A DNA stretch of 56,309 nt, counting the filler, from Bipalium vagum (Eukaryota): the NCBI GenBank assembly GCA_037834085.1. It is 3 parts of 3 records of this genome, joined end to end, with 100 filler letters (N's around TTAATTAATTAA, not from the genome) between each part and the next. Parts side by side here need not be neighbours in the genome. Positions count along the whole stretch, not along the records: positions 17,708 to 33,415 come from JBBMKC010150372.1; positions 33,516 to 56,309 come from JBBMKC010216690.1; 1 more part is not named here. One strand, written 5' to 3'. Below, one piece after another: positions 25,701 to 38,500 of the stretch. The first letter of the stretch is position 1, and each line of letters opens with the position of its first letter. The position numbers and the translations under genes were made by a program. The notes under the pieces were generated by a model that searched no databases, was not told the origin of the DNA, and saw only the letters and a list, made by a program, of their open reading frames with translations.

Positions 25701-28700
25701 TCTTGCAAATGGAATTTAGTCTCTTCATTTTGATTGTTATACTTTACCTAGTTATTTTTAAAATTTACATATAAATATTTGTTGAACGAACTTGAAGATC
25801 TTGTTTAGCTTGTAGTACCTCACCCAAGCTATCTTTAAAACCTAGTAAATCTTTTTTCAAAAGGAATTGTTCTTCATTTAGTTGACTTATGAGTATCTTA
25901 ATATATTTAAGTATATATATTATAAAATATTAAAATTAATACGTCACAATTTTCTTTTTCTTTATTAATTTCAAAAATCTTATTTTCATATTTTTCCAAA
26001 TTATGTTTATTCTCTTCTATTTCACTTGTCAGTTTTTTTATTTCAGAATTTTGATTGGTCTTAAGTATAAACTAAAAGTAAGTTTAATTAGATTTTTTAA
26101 TTACCAATTCTTCTCTTAAGTCACAATTGCTAGATTTAAGAACTGATATACTTTTCATTAATGATTCTAAATTCTTTATTCTTTACTATGTATGTAGTAT
26201 TAAATCAACAAACCATTTTCTGACTTCAAATTTATTATATTAGTTTCAGCTTCTTTCAATAACTCAGTTTCTTTTTGATACCTAGAAAACAATTTAATCC
26301 AGAAAAATTTTAAAATGTAATTATTACTAACAATCTTTAAAAACAGACAGTACTAACTTATACAATTATAAAAATTATATCAGATTGTAATTAATATTTT
26401 TATTAAGTTCCATTTTTAAACTTTAAATGTTATCAAAACTATAAATATCACATTATTATTGAAATATCAATTTATCAAGGTATAATTATAACTTTAAGTA
26501 TAGCATTGTTTGTACATTTTTCATATATTCATAATATGTATGTTTATTTCCATAACGCGACCACCAGGTACAATTCAGAGCGACAAAATGTAGCGAGATG
26601 TTTATATAACAAACGAAAAGGTTTACCTGCACAGAGAAAGATACAGTTGAATTCAGGACAGCGTTTCTGCTGTGGTGGCAATGATCATAGAAGATTCGAA
26701 TGCGCACTGAAAGGAAGATGTTTAATTTGTGGAACAAGTGGAACCAGTTTCGAGATTGTCACCTATTAGAAGATGACTCGCGAAGACCGGTAATGTGTAT
26801 ACATGATGAAATTGAAGATTCAATTTCAGACGGAGAAGATAATTTGGAAACGGGAGGGGATGAAAAAAACCTAAGCGATTCATCGCTTACATTTCGTAAG
26901 TGGGTTCAAATAATTAAAGAGCTTTCAAAATCGGAATGTGAATGACAGAGAAGAGATGTTCCGGTCAGAATATGGACGACGATAGAGCCTAGTGGCAGTT
27001 GATGGTAAAAAGTTGAAAATGTTGTGGGACTCAGGAGCTTCAGTTACGGTAATCAGTGAAGAGATTGGAAGAAAGTTAGTATGCCGCAGTTAATGAAGAG
27101 CACCTTATTGTTGAGTGGATTTTTTTCGGAAGTTGGCGAAAAACCTCTTGGTTCCTGTACAGTAAGTGTTAGATGAAAAGAAAAATGTCGCGAAGTAGAT
27201 ATGGTATAGTACGGAATATACAACCATGTTTTGTCAGTGGTGTAAATTTGATGAAATTATTTGGAGTCGAATTATGTGAAATCAGCAGTATTGAGGTGGC
27301 TTTAAAGAAGAAAATTACTAATGAAGAGCGCCAACAATTGATTACACAATTCTGTGCAGAACAACTTTTGAAGCGATTACGAAATTTATTAATGAAATGT
27401 GCACACATTTTTATGGGATCGACGTTTAACATCGGGCACATTAAGATGGTACATGACATAAGTGACAGTAGGTCTAATATTGCAACATCCGAAAATTGAC
27501 GAAATGATTGTGAAACTCATGACAGTGAGGGTTATCCGGAAATGCAATTGTCCGTGGAACTCTCCACTGGTGGTGGTAGGAAAGAAAGACGAGTCGATTC
27601 AAATATGTGGATTTTAGACATATTAACGCTATTGAGGAAAAATTTTCCTTCGTAAGCCAGACATGAGGTTATTATTGGATTGTTTGGTCAATTCAACGTG
27701 CTTTTCGTCTGTAGATCTTCGAAAAGAATACTACCAGGTGGGGTTGCCAGAAAAATCACGACTTTTAGTACAAAGCAATGTCAATTTTGTTTCAATAAAC
27801 TTCCCTTTGGTTTGGCCACAGCTCCAGCTACGTTCCGGAAACTCGTGCACGAATTGCTGGACGACCTAATATTCAATGGTATCATTGTTTATCAATGATA
27901 TACGGGGTTTATAAAGCCATCATAATCGAGTCTTAGAAGAGATTTTGAGAAGACTTTCTGTAGTAGGGCTAAAGGTAAATCCAGGAAAGTGTAAAATTAA
28001 TGAAAAAGAAATAGTGTTTCTTGGAGATACAATGAGTACAGCGGGAATTCGTACAAATGAAAAGAGGATTCAGGATGTTATGAAAGTGAAACCGCCGAAA
28101 TGTGTGTCGAACATGCTGTCATTTTAAGGCCTAATGAACTATTATCACCGTCTTATTGATAAATATACAGATAGCGGCACCATTATATCCCACGACATCG
28201 GGAACTGATAAACAGTTATGTTGGTCAAATGAATGCCAGAAAAGCTTCGAAGAGCTAAAAAGTAGATTATGCAATGTCTCAATACACGATTATCCTAGAA
28301 GGGACAGAACTTTCGTGCTAGATAGATGCTAGCTTCAACGCCATCGAAGCTGTGTTGAGTCAATGGCGGAGAGATGGATCAGAAGCAGTAATCGCTTACG
28401 GCTCAAGGCATTTGTCAGCAAATGAAGTGGGTTACTGCGTGACTCAGGAGTTGCTGGCGGTGTATGAATTCGTTTTCCATTTTTAACAATATCTATATGG
28501 TAAACGATTTGTAGTCCGAAACCATATAATTTATATTTAAAAGTAGATTTAAGTCTATTTAGAGTTTTGGTACTTGTAAATTTCCTACTTCGATTTTTAA
28601 AATTTGTTTTAGTACGTCATTTTAGAGGTCATTTGGTTACCAACAAGAAATGTTAATTAAGAAAAAATCTAGGATTATTTGAGAATTAAAGCGAAAAGAT

Positions 28701-31700
28701 GTTTAAAATTATTCTCACGTATGTTTCAATTTATTATTTTATCCATCTATTTTAAAAATAGATTATTTAGACTTCGAAATCACAAAAAATTGTTAATATT
28801 TTTCTTTAACTTTTATCTCGATTAAAGTAACTGTCGGATGATTTTCGGTAGATGTACCACCAAGGTCAGCTTTTGTTTAAATATTTTATTTTTAATGTTG
28901 GTGGTACATCTACCGAAATTTTATTTGATGAATTAAAACAAGCGTCAAAAGGTAGATCCGTAAAATTCTGGTACAATTCTAAAAAATTAATAAAGTAACA
29001 ATCCATTAACACCATAGACCTATTGGAATACGCATAAGAAAACTAAGCAAAATCAATAATTGAATAATTAAAGATACGTAATTCGAAAATTTTTCTATAT
29101 TCAAATTTTGGTTTTTTATTTTAATAATAAAAATTATCAATATGTTATCACTGTCATCTTCTGAAATTCTATTTTTTTTATTTAAAATATGAAAATCAAA
29201 TAGATACAATTCTAAATTAATGATGATTAAATTTATGTACTATAACAAATAAATATATTCGGGGTAATAATCACTTAATTGTAATGTTAGGACAATAATA
29301 ATATAATGTTTTGGTATATAGACACAAATAATATTTTTTAATTTCAGAAATAAATTGAAATCAAATCATTAAGGAAATGAGAGATATAGCCATAGTTAGA
29401 TGAATCCATTATTTGGCGTTTCTTTTATTAAAAATAATAAATTTGAATGATGAAAAATAATGAAAATGCATTTAATTATTCTTTATTCAGGACAGAATTC
29501 AACTAGGTAAAAATTATTAACATTTCTCTGTTTTAATTATTCAATAACAATTGTATTTCATTTAATAAGTTCAAATTCTATCTCTTTGAAATTTCTATAA
29601 TATATAATATAATTTCTATAATATTTCTATAACCCATGAAAATCATTAAGCTAAAATGTACTAATTTCTTAAATTTCTTAAAAATTGATTTTTTACTTGA
29701 TATCCCTTTATTTCGGGAAATTTTCTAATCTGTTCGAAATATTATTAGATTTTATTGAAAATAGTTTTAAGTAGTTTTACATGACATCTCATTATTTAAT
29801 TTCATATATCATACATAAATTAAGAGGAGATATTTGCTTTTTTATCTGAAAACAATATTTCACTTACAAGGTTTCTAAATCAGAAATATTTTTTCCTTTC
29901 TCTATTATTTCATTTGTTAACGTTTCAATCGAGGTACTTTTAATTTGCAGTTTTTTATCCAGATCTTCTTGTATGGAATTATTGAGTATATTTAAATTTT
30001 GAATTTCCTCATTCATTTTAGCATTCGAAATTTTTAGATTCGTCAATATATTTTCTTTTTCAAACAGCAGATTATCAAATTTATCTATTTCCGTTTTTGC
30101 TGATTCTTTATAACTGGAAAAATTTTCTTCTAATTTATTTACATTTTCATTTAATTTCAGAATCTCTATTTTCTTATCTTCTATTTCTTTAGATAAAATA
30201 CAATTGCTTTCGTCCATATTTTTTTTAGAAAACTGGAAAATAAAATATGACTGAGTATTATAAAAAATATTTATACTTCTAAATCAGATAATTCTTTAAG
30301 AGTCTCTTCATATTTTCTTTGCAAAATTGTATGTTGATTCTTTTCTTCCAATAAAGAATATTGAATTTCATCTATAAAAATTAATTTTGTTAAAAAAAAT
30401 TAATGTACTTTTCTGTAAAACAATATCGTTAATTTCTTCAATCTTTTCTATTATGGTTTCTTTTTCTATTTGTAATTGATTTCGTGTTTCAGTTATTTCC
30501 AAAATGTAGCTCTCGAACTATATCTAATTAAAAAAAAATAATTAATATCAAATACTTTAGCTGCATGAACTATTTCCATATCCTGAACGACGCAATTTAA
30601 TTTTTTTATTTCCATATCTTTTCCCATTACTGAAATTAAACAATCATTACATTATTCTAAATGAGTTATAATACCTTACTTTTGTTATCCATGCTGGTTA
30701 AGCATAAACATTGAGTTTTAGCAAAATTTTTAATATCTTCCAAGAAGTTGTCCACAATACATAAAACTTTATCCTGAATTAATTTCAAATTTTGTGCTTC
30801 TTGTAAATCTATGATTATTATAAATAAAATTAATTTTAATGTGTACTTAAATGAAAATATCTAACTATTTTTATTTAATGTTTCAATGGTTTCAATTTTT
30901 TGTTTTAACACCTGACATAAATTTCGTGAGTTTTCAATCCTGATTTTAATAAATAATTTAATAAAATTTATATATATAAAATTCAGCCAGTTTTTGTATG
31001 AGAATTTTAAATATAATTAAAAATTAAGCAAAATTTAAATATATAGAAAATTGAAAAATAAGAAATTTCTTCCAATATTAATAAGTACTGTCAAGATTTA
31101 TTATCATTTCATGAAAAAAATAATAGAATGTTACAAACTCATTAAAAAATTTTATTTTTCTACAAATGATTTCTATAATTTAAAAATTATATTTTATCAG
31201 ACAAAATCATTAAATGCATACCTTTTAGATACTTCCGTCCTACAATCTATTTCCACTTGATAATTTAAACTAATATTTTCTTGTTTCATCTAAATATAGG
31301 AATTGATAATTCTAATTTCAGTTAATAAATAAATGTTCCGTTAAGGGAAAGAGAGATATGTTCAAAATACATTGAACCTGATAATCTAACCAGAATTCTT
31401 AACATAAATTAACTATTATTTATCAATATCCTTTTTCTTAAAGATTTATTTTTAAAATTTACAAACTGAGATGTGCTTATTTTGATTAGATCTATAATTA
31501 TGTTTAATTTTCCTACACAATTTTTTTATAAATAATCTTTTGAAAATACACGTAAATGATGCTTTTAAAGAAGTAATCACTAGTCCTACATTAGACGTTA
31601 ATGTTTAATTTTAATGCCTCTAAAAGTATCAGAAAAGTATTCATTAGATAACTTCGAAATATAATTAAAATTTACATATGGTCTTTAAAACCTAAAATAT

Positions 31701-33075
31701 TGAAATTTTAAAAATAGTTTAATACTTGGAAATCTAAATTTGAATTTCTCAAGCTTTCTATGATTTTTTCGGCTTCTTTTAACTTTTGAGACTAAAAAAA
31801 ATTAATAATATTACAAATATTAAAACAACTTTCAAAAGTAATTCCTTCTCAATACTTTCTTTCCATTTTTGAATCTTTTCTGCTTCTAATTTAAGCTTCA
31901 GGTGTAAAAACTTAAGCCTTAACAAATCAATAAATTTCAACTGCTTAATTGAATTACTTATCATCATCTAAATCATCGGAATCCTGCAAATCATCTTTGG
32001 TTATATTATCTTTTGATAATTGTTCTGTATAATTGTAATCATTTTCATCAATTGTGATATTATCTCCATTAACGTTTTCATAGCTTTTATTATTTATTAT
32101 ATTACAAGTTTTAACCTTACTTCGATTGATTTTATCAATATTTTTTTCTTCATTATCATCAAAATTATTATTTTCGAAAGATTTTGTTTGGTTGTCACAT
32201 TCAATAAAACTTTTAAAAGGTAACAATGATTTATCAGATTTGTTCTCATTTATTTTAGTATATTTGCCAGATTTATTACAATCCAAAATTTCATTATTTA
32301 ACTTTCTATTCATAATATTCGGTGATGTAGAATTAGTACAATTAATTTTGAAATTGTTTTTATCAGTTTCATCAAAAGCTTTTATGTTTATGTCAATACC
32401 AAATTTGTCATATGATTGTTGATCATTTGAAATATTTTCTTTGTACTTCATATCATTGAAAATTATTTTCTGATTTTCATTAAAAAATATTTTTTCTGAA
32501 GGCCTTTTCATAAATTCACATTCTGATAGCTTGATAGATGGTGAATTTCCGACTTTCAATGGATTTGGGCTTTTATAGGATTGTTCGTTTTTAAAAAATG
32601 ACTTTTTAAGATCACTTGTTTTATTAAGAATTCTAGGCGAATTCAATTCTTTAATGTTATTTTTACAATATTCTAACTGGCCCAGAATATTTCGTTTCAC
32701 AGGGCTTCTATTAATACCAAATGAACTAGGAGCGCTAAATCCTATATCAGTTTTACTTTTAATAGTTTTTTCATTGTTACAATTATAACTAAAAGGACTC
32801 TGTTTGAATTTTTTGAAATCAAAACTTTTAAAATTTTTAGGTGATTTCATTTCTGTATCAGAACATAAAGAATCATTAGAATACATATTAAACTTTTTCT
32901 TGTTAAAAATATTATCAGTATTACTACTAATATCATTACCATTTCGTCTTTCAAAGAAACTCTCGTAACAATCAAGATCATCAGATTCGTCTAAGTCAAC
33001 ATTATGGATATTAAAACTAGATTTCGATCCCTGGTCTTCAGAATTAAAAATTTTCTTTAGAAATGACGTTTTCAT
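22783..33075 (-). CDS. SYCP1: synaptonemal complex protein 1-like (transverse filament), multi-exon
   Basis: Exon 1 spans 33075-31958. Spliced exons then give LHLKLKLEAEKIQKWKESIEKELLLKSQKLKEAEKIIESLRNSNLDFQ..MKQENISL..IENSRNLCQVLK, which aligns with the vertebrate SYCP1 conserved motif (LYSKLYKEAEKIKKWKVS.EAELRQKE.KLQENRKIIEAQRKAIQELQ..NEKVSL..NNATRHLCNLLK). A long coiled coil spans many short exons. The basic TP-rich tail includes TPQKTPKGILRQPGSANKKRKVLF and ends WFDSDNFFGVGIEV* (stop 22783-22785). Confidence 0.88.
24230..24760 (+). mobile_element. possible very decayed Tc1-like relic in a SYCP1 intron
   Basis: Raised GC and only vague motif remnants inside a ~1.2-kb intron; no clean catalytic motif. 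Confidence 0.2.
26540..28525 (+). mobile_element. Ty3/gypsy LTR retrotransposon relic (gag knuckle-PR-RT-RNase H), antisense within a SYCP1 intron
   Basis: Degenerate CCHC knuckles (FCCGGNDHRRFEC, CLICGTSG); protease LWDSGASVTVIS; RT PWNSPLVVVGKKD, FSSVDLRKEYYQV, LPFGLATAPATFRK; RNase H DASFNAIEAVLSQ, VIAYGSRHL, ELLAV, YLYGKRFVVRT. PR-RT-RH order; truncated before the integrase; no LTRs seen. Confidence 0.93.
28843..28918. repeat. perfect 21-bp inverted repeat with a 34-bp spacer
   Basis: TTTCGGTAGATGTACCACCAA (28843-28863) and TTGGTGGTACATCTACCGAAA (28898-28918). Confidence 0.9.
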
Positions 33076-33394
33076 TTTACTGAAATAAATAAACCGATAA
33101 CATATAACAATGAAATTTCTTTTAGGATAGTCAATAAAAGCTAATTAAAACAAATCAAAATAAATTTTAGATTAACTGGATAAAATTGAAACAATTTGCA
33201 TAATTTAACTGTATCTTTTAAAAAACATTTATATTTTGATTTTGGAAATCCAGAATGTTTTCATTTAGTTTAATTTCTGTTACAATTGTAGTAGTAAAAC
33301 TTGTTTTCATATATTGAGTAAAGAAAATAATTTATTTTTATTAATGTATAAACATACTTTTTAAAAAGAGAGATCCACAAAAGGGCCCATAGCA

Positions 33395-33415
33395 TAATAA
33401 TAATAATAATAATAA
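33395..33415 (+). repeat. (TAA)n microsatellite at contig end
   Basis: TAA units run into the gap. Confidence 0.9.
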
Positions 33416-33515
33416 NNNNNNNNNNNNNNNNNNNNNNNNNNNNNNNNNNNNNNNNNNNNTTAATTAATTAANNNNNNNNNNNNNNNNNNNNNNNNNNNNN
33501 NNNNNNNNNNNNNNN
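33416..33515. other. artificial contig-joining linker (44N-TTAATTAATTAA-44N)
   Basis: Same 100-bp structure as the first gap. Confidence 0.95.
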
Positions 33516-33818
33516 ACTCAACTAATTTCCCGAATTATATGCTTATTTTTGAGAAAGTAAACTTTTATTATTTACCACAACTTGTTACATATCTGTAACA
33601 AAGTTTGATTATTATAATAAATTGTTTTTTTATATAGTTATTTTAGTTGATTTTTTTTATCAGTGATTTATATAGACGAAGTCTTTGAATTTTGTTACCT
33701 AAAGAAATTTTAAAGTACATTTTTGTTATAATATATATTATTTTGTAGCATACCTAAATCTAACTTGTTACATCATTGTGACAAAGTGTTTATTTTAAAT
33801 AAATAACATTATCCTAAG

Positions 33819-33967
33819 TAACACTTGGAACTACTGTTCACAAGATTAATATCGATTCCTAAATAATAATAATAATAAAAACATTTGATATTATAAATAA
33901 CACTAACTTAGAACTATTGTTCATAAGATTAGTCTCGATTTCTAAATAATAAACACTTGGTATTACA
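33819..33967. repeat. degenerate ~80-bp tandem duplication
   Basis: ACTTGGAACTACTGTTCACAAGATTAATATCGATTCCTAAATAATAA versus ACTTAGAACTATTGTTCATAAGATTAGTCTCGATTTCTAAATAATAA. Confidence 0.7.
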
Positions 33968-35254
33968 TTCCTTTTATTATACAGGCGTGTCTTGTTAGAC
34001 AAGACATAGTGTTTGTAGTAAATAAATAATTAAATACTCAGGCCATGACCTGAGGATCATTTAACTTTTTGTTCCTTCTTCCTATTGCCTTTTTCTTTTT
34101 GTGTTCATATTTCACACGCTAAGTAGAGCAGTGAAATATAATTTTATTCTTCAACGATGACCTCTGAGCCTAAGAGCGAGAGGATTTTTCATAAATAATA
34201 ATTATAATTAATAAAATCCAATCAGTCAGAATCGATATCACCATTTGTAATTTTAAACTTTATTTTGAACTAAAATAAAAGTATGAAAAGATAAATCGTT
34301 TTCTTAGTCAATTCAACTAACTCTAACTGAACACAATCATAAGCAACCTTCAACCGTTAAAGCCTAATTATTTCAGTAAGCTCCATCTTTAATATCAACT
34401 TATACCATCAAATTAGGATCTTAACAGTGATGATAATGAATATTAAATAAATCAAAAAACTCATTTGAAATTTAAATATCCAATTCCATATTTCTTTTTT
34501 ATTTTAACTTCCTTAAAGGTGTGTTGAAGAGGTTCATACTCGAGATAAGTGAATTTTTGTAAATGAATTTAGATTAAAATAGAAAGGTCAATTGAATGAG
34601 TTAACTAATTACATGATGTGACTTATTTTTCTATTTATTTTTGAAAATTAATAATATTTAAATATTTATAATAATTTGTTCTTTAGTCAGTATCGAAATT
34701 GATTCTCTTTCAACTGAATTTATAATTTAACATTATTATTATATTTTGCAATTTGATATTTATTTTGTTAAAATTATCCACTTAAAATCCCTTTAATAAT
34801 TTCATATTAAAATAATATAATTATTCAAAAAAATATTTATTAGAATTTTTAAAATATTTGATTTCTCCACCCCAAAAAATTGTCTCATTCGTGTACAACA
34901 AACCAAATGAAAATAATTATACCTCTTATAACAATTATAATTTTAATTACTCCTTTGATTGGTGGATATAATTTCCCACAGTTATCTCCAACTCACAGTT
35001 AAACAAAAAAACACTTGAATTTTCATAAAAAATTCAGAATCGGATTACAAAATATCTATCATCCTATTGAATTCTAGAAAAAATTGTAATAAAATATAGA
35101 AAATTAAGTTTTTTAATAATAGGGCGACTATTATTAAAAATATTTCCTGTAATTTAAAAGTCCAAGTCTCATTAATGTCTTAAAAATATTCTTAAAATAA
35201 TATTAGACTTTGTATTAGTAAATCTTTTAATAAAACTGAAAGTAATATTAACTT

Positions 35255-35541
35255 TTAAGTTGTAACATAATTTTTCGTGATTTTATTTTTTTATGGTTTT
35301 GTTTTATCAGGGTCTTCAAATTTTTTTGGTGGATTTCCGTGGGCATTGTCATTAAAGTTAAAATTGCTCGTTTTGAAGTTTTGAAACCATTCCCGACATT
35401 TTCTTTCAGCAAAAGAATTGTTGCCTAAATAATAAATGGAAATTAAATTATCGATTAATTTTTCATTGTTTGTAAATAAAATATTTTTTCTTGCTTATTA
35501 ATCATTTGTTAAAAATCTCGAAAAATTATGTCACAAACTAA
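35255..35541 (-). mobile_element. internally deleted mariner (Mos1-like) element / MITE, ~290 bp
   Basis: TIRs TTAAGTTGTAACATAATTTTTCGTG and CTCGAAAAATTATGTCACAAACTAA (+TA). Internal GNNSFAERKCREWFQNFKTSNFNFNDNAHGNPPKKFED resembles Mos1 TCERWFQRFKSGDFDVDDKEHGKPPKRYED. Confidence 0.85.
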
Positions 35542-38500
35542 TAAAAAATATTGATAGGCCACGTAAAACTTATATTAGCAGAAAATCCAATGATTTATGT
35601 TAATGGTATAAAAAATGTAAAGCAAATAAATGCAGAAGTTTTATTAACTTACTGTAAGTATATGTTAGAGCAATATTATGAAATTAAACCAATTCAACTT
35701 TCAAGTAGGCTTCCATAATCGTTGATCAATAGACTTGATCAACAAAGCCTTTTAAATAAACCTTTAGTCCACTTTTTTATTCTTATACCACTGATATAAA
35801 TGTTTTAAGTTATTTGTAGGCTTTGAAATCATTGAAAAAAACAACATGGTACTACAATAGTCCTGTTATAACATTTCATGTGGCTAGTTTAATTATTATA
35901 CTTAATCGGAACAGTGAACGATTTTGTTATGATTTTTTAAAAATTAAAATATTTATTATAGTACTTTAAAAAGGTGATTTTTTAAGAGAATAAAAATTTT
36001 CTAATGTAATTTGTAGGAAATAATAAATATGGAAAGAATAAAAGGTTTAATAATTAAAATTGTAATTATTATTTTAAAAATAATTCCTGCTACTTATTTT
36101 AAAAAATTAATGTATCTTTTGTTCTGGTACCGGAATGGAGATTAATAATAATAAAAAATATATTATTATTTTATTATTCAGGCAATATTTGCGATCTTTA
36201 ATTATTTCCTATTTCCTCTTACAAGTTGAATAAGGGACAGGCCTTTGGCGAACCAAACAATTTAATATGGGCTAATAAAATTTTAAATTATTCAAATATT
36301 ATTATTTGAAATATTATCATATTTTTTTTTATTCCAAAATTTACAGATCAAATTATTATTTTATTTTTCACAATAAAATCGTAATCTTCAATCAAGTCAT
36401 TGTTGTTTTTATCAATTCTTACTCTAATGATTGTCTTATTTATAAGCTATTTTTATATCAATCCCTTTTTATTGTTTTATATTTTATTAACTTTCTGTCA
36501 TTGACTTTAATGTATATAAACTTATCAAAAGCGGATATTAAAAACTATATCTTTTTTATAAACACAATAATGAGTCAGTTTTGATAAGTTTGAATTAATT
36601 AATTATTCTCAAAATAATAATTAGCCAATTATAATTTTAATAATTATACTAATTTGTTTTCCGTCAAAAATATGAATAATAAAAGTTGCCAAGTTTTTCC
36701 GGTTTCTTCGCCTATTAAACTGTTATTTTTATTTGACCCTTGGAGACAGAGAATTTCTGTAAAATTTCGATCAAATAAGTGATTACATTCATTTGTAAAT
36801 TATACACGAAAAATAAAAACCATTAGGTAATTTATAAGCAATATGAAGTAAGAATTTCTTTCATTCCATTACATAAAATGTGACTGTCTGCTACAGCTAG
36901 CATATCAACACATGAAAGGTTTCCTGAAGTGTGTAATTTACAGCTAATATCAAAAGTCAATCAAATTTTTCTTTCAGTCACCATTCCATTTTATAAAAAG
37001 ATCTTCAAAACCGGAGATCATGTTTTCTAAATTGCCACGACCATATACATAAACAAAAAAGTTTGATTAAATGTCAATGTAATTTAGCGGCTAATTGAAA
37101 ATGAAATCAATAATACAAAACATATATGACGACATTTTTCTTATAATTCAATGAATTATTCTGAAAAATAGGCACACAGAATCTTGTTTATGCTAAAATT
37201 AAAGACAAATAAAAGCATTTATTCTTGTGTGTTTTGTGCATTTTGATGGTTGCTGATCAAGATAAATAGCAACGACCGAAATTCACTGAACCAAGCATGT
37301 TTTATTAATTTTAATTGAACTTGTGCTAGAAATTAAGCCGGTGATGTAAGGGAAATTATTTCCGGAAAACCAACTTTTAGAATGACGGTTGTTGTCACTA
37401 ACTTGGTTGCAAGTGACCATCATAAATTTCGAAATCAAAAAATGTCTTTCAAAAATCTTTTTACAATATCACAGTTCTTTTCACCTAAGCCGATATAATT
37501 ATTTTTATATCCGCTTGTATATTGCTGTATTATCTTAACCGTATAAATGAAATCTCTTGATCAAAGGATTTTATGGCATAGTTATTTTTGTAATTTCTAA
37601 GCACATTTTATCTTACCGGGTAATTTTATTTGAAATCGTAAATTACTTCGTTATTAAGAATTCCATGTGATAAACTAGATCATGGGATTCCAAATTAGAG
37701 ATAGGTGTATCTATAAATAACCATATGCTATGACGGTTGTCTATTTATAGTAACTAGACACATTCAATCTGATGATTTGTTGCAGAGAATTTTTTGTGGT
37801 AAATTCTTTTACTTTTTTCTCATTATTCTTCAAAAACGGGTTCTTTGCAATTTCTGGAAGAACATATCCAAGAAAACCATAAAAATTATATTGTAAAGGC
37901 ATTTAAAAAGAAAATTAAGTTAAAATAATTAGATCCCATAAAACTAAATAAAAACTTATTCAGGCTTGAAGAGAAATTAGATTTCACAATTAATTCCGAT
38001 AATGGTTATAAAAATGACTTTTAGCTCGGACAATGCACAATTATTCATGTAAGTTTAAAATTAAAATTCTATATTTCTATACCATGGAGATCTGTTGGAA
38101 CTCTTTTCTTAGTATGTTTGTGCAATTGATTAAATTAAGTTTTAAGTATTATAAGCTAGAATGAATTTTATATTTTCAAAAGCGAATGTCAACCGAATTA
38201 GCATTTATGTGAGAAATAATAAATACAAATACGCTAATATTTACATAAAAATAATTTCGGGAAAATATGCTTTTGTTACATTTCGATTATAGTTCACTAA
38301 ACAAATGTAAATCGAAATCCAGAAAACTACAATTAATCGACCTCTCTTTTTACCCAGTAAATTAGAACGTGTCAATTTTGATCAGGGCTAATTTTTTACT
38401 TTACTAGGATGTAGGAAGTTTAGTCAAGATTATTAAATAAATTTGAATAAAACGAAATTTACTGTCATAATATTTACCCTAATAAGTTTAGTTTATTAGT

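Noticed and set aside
26186-26213. Ultra-short 28-nt intron in SYCP1
   Set aside because: It does not preserve the reading frame; a 44-nt alternative does.
32020-32422. Plus-strand ORFs within SYCP1 exon 1
   Set aside because: Antisense, low-complexity shadows of the real coding strand.
36800-38100. Possible degraded hAT transposase or unannotated exons
   Set aside because: Fragments such as HRLN and YTSG..YIGL are suggestive, but they are interrupted by many stops and no consistent model emerged.
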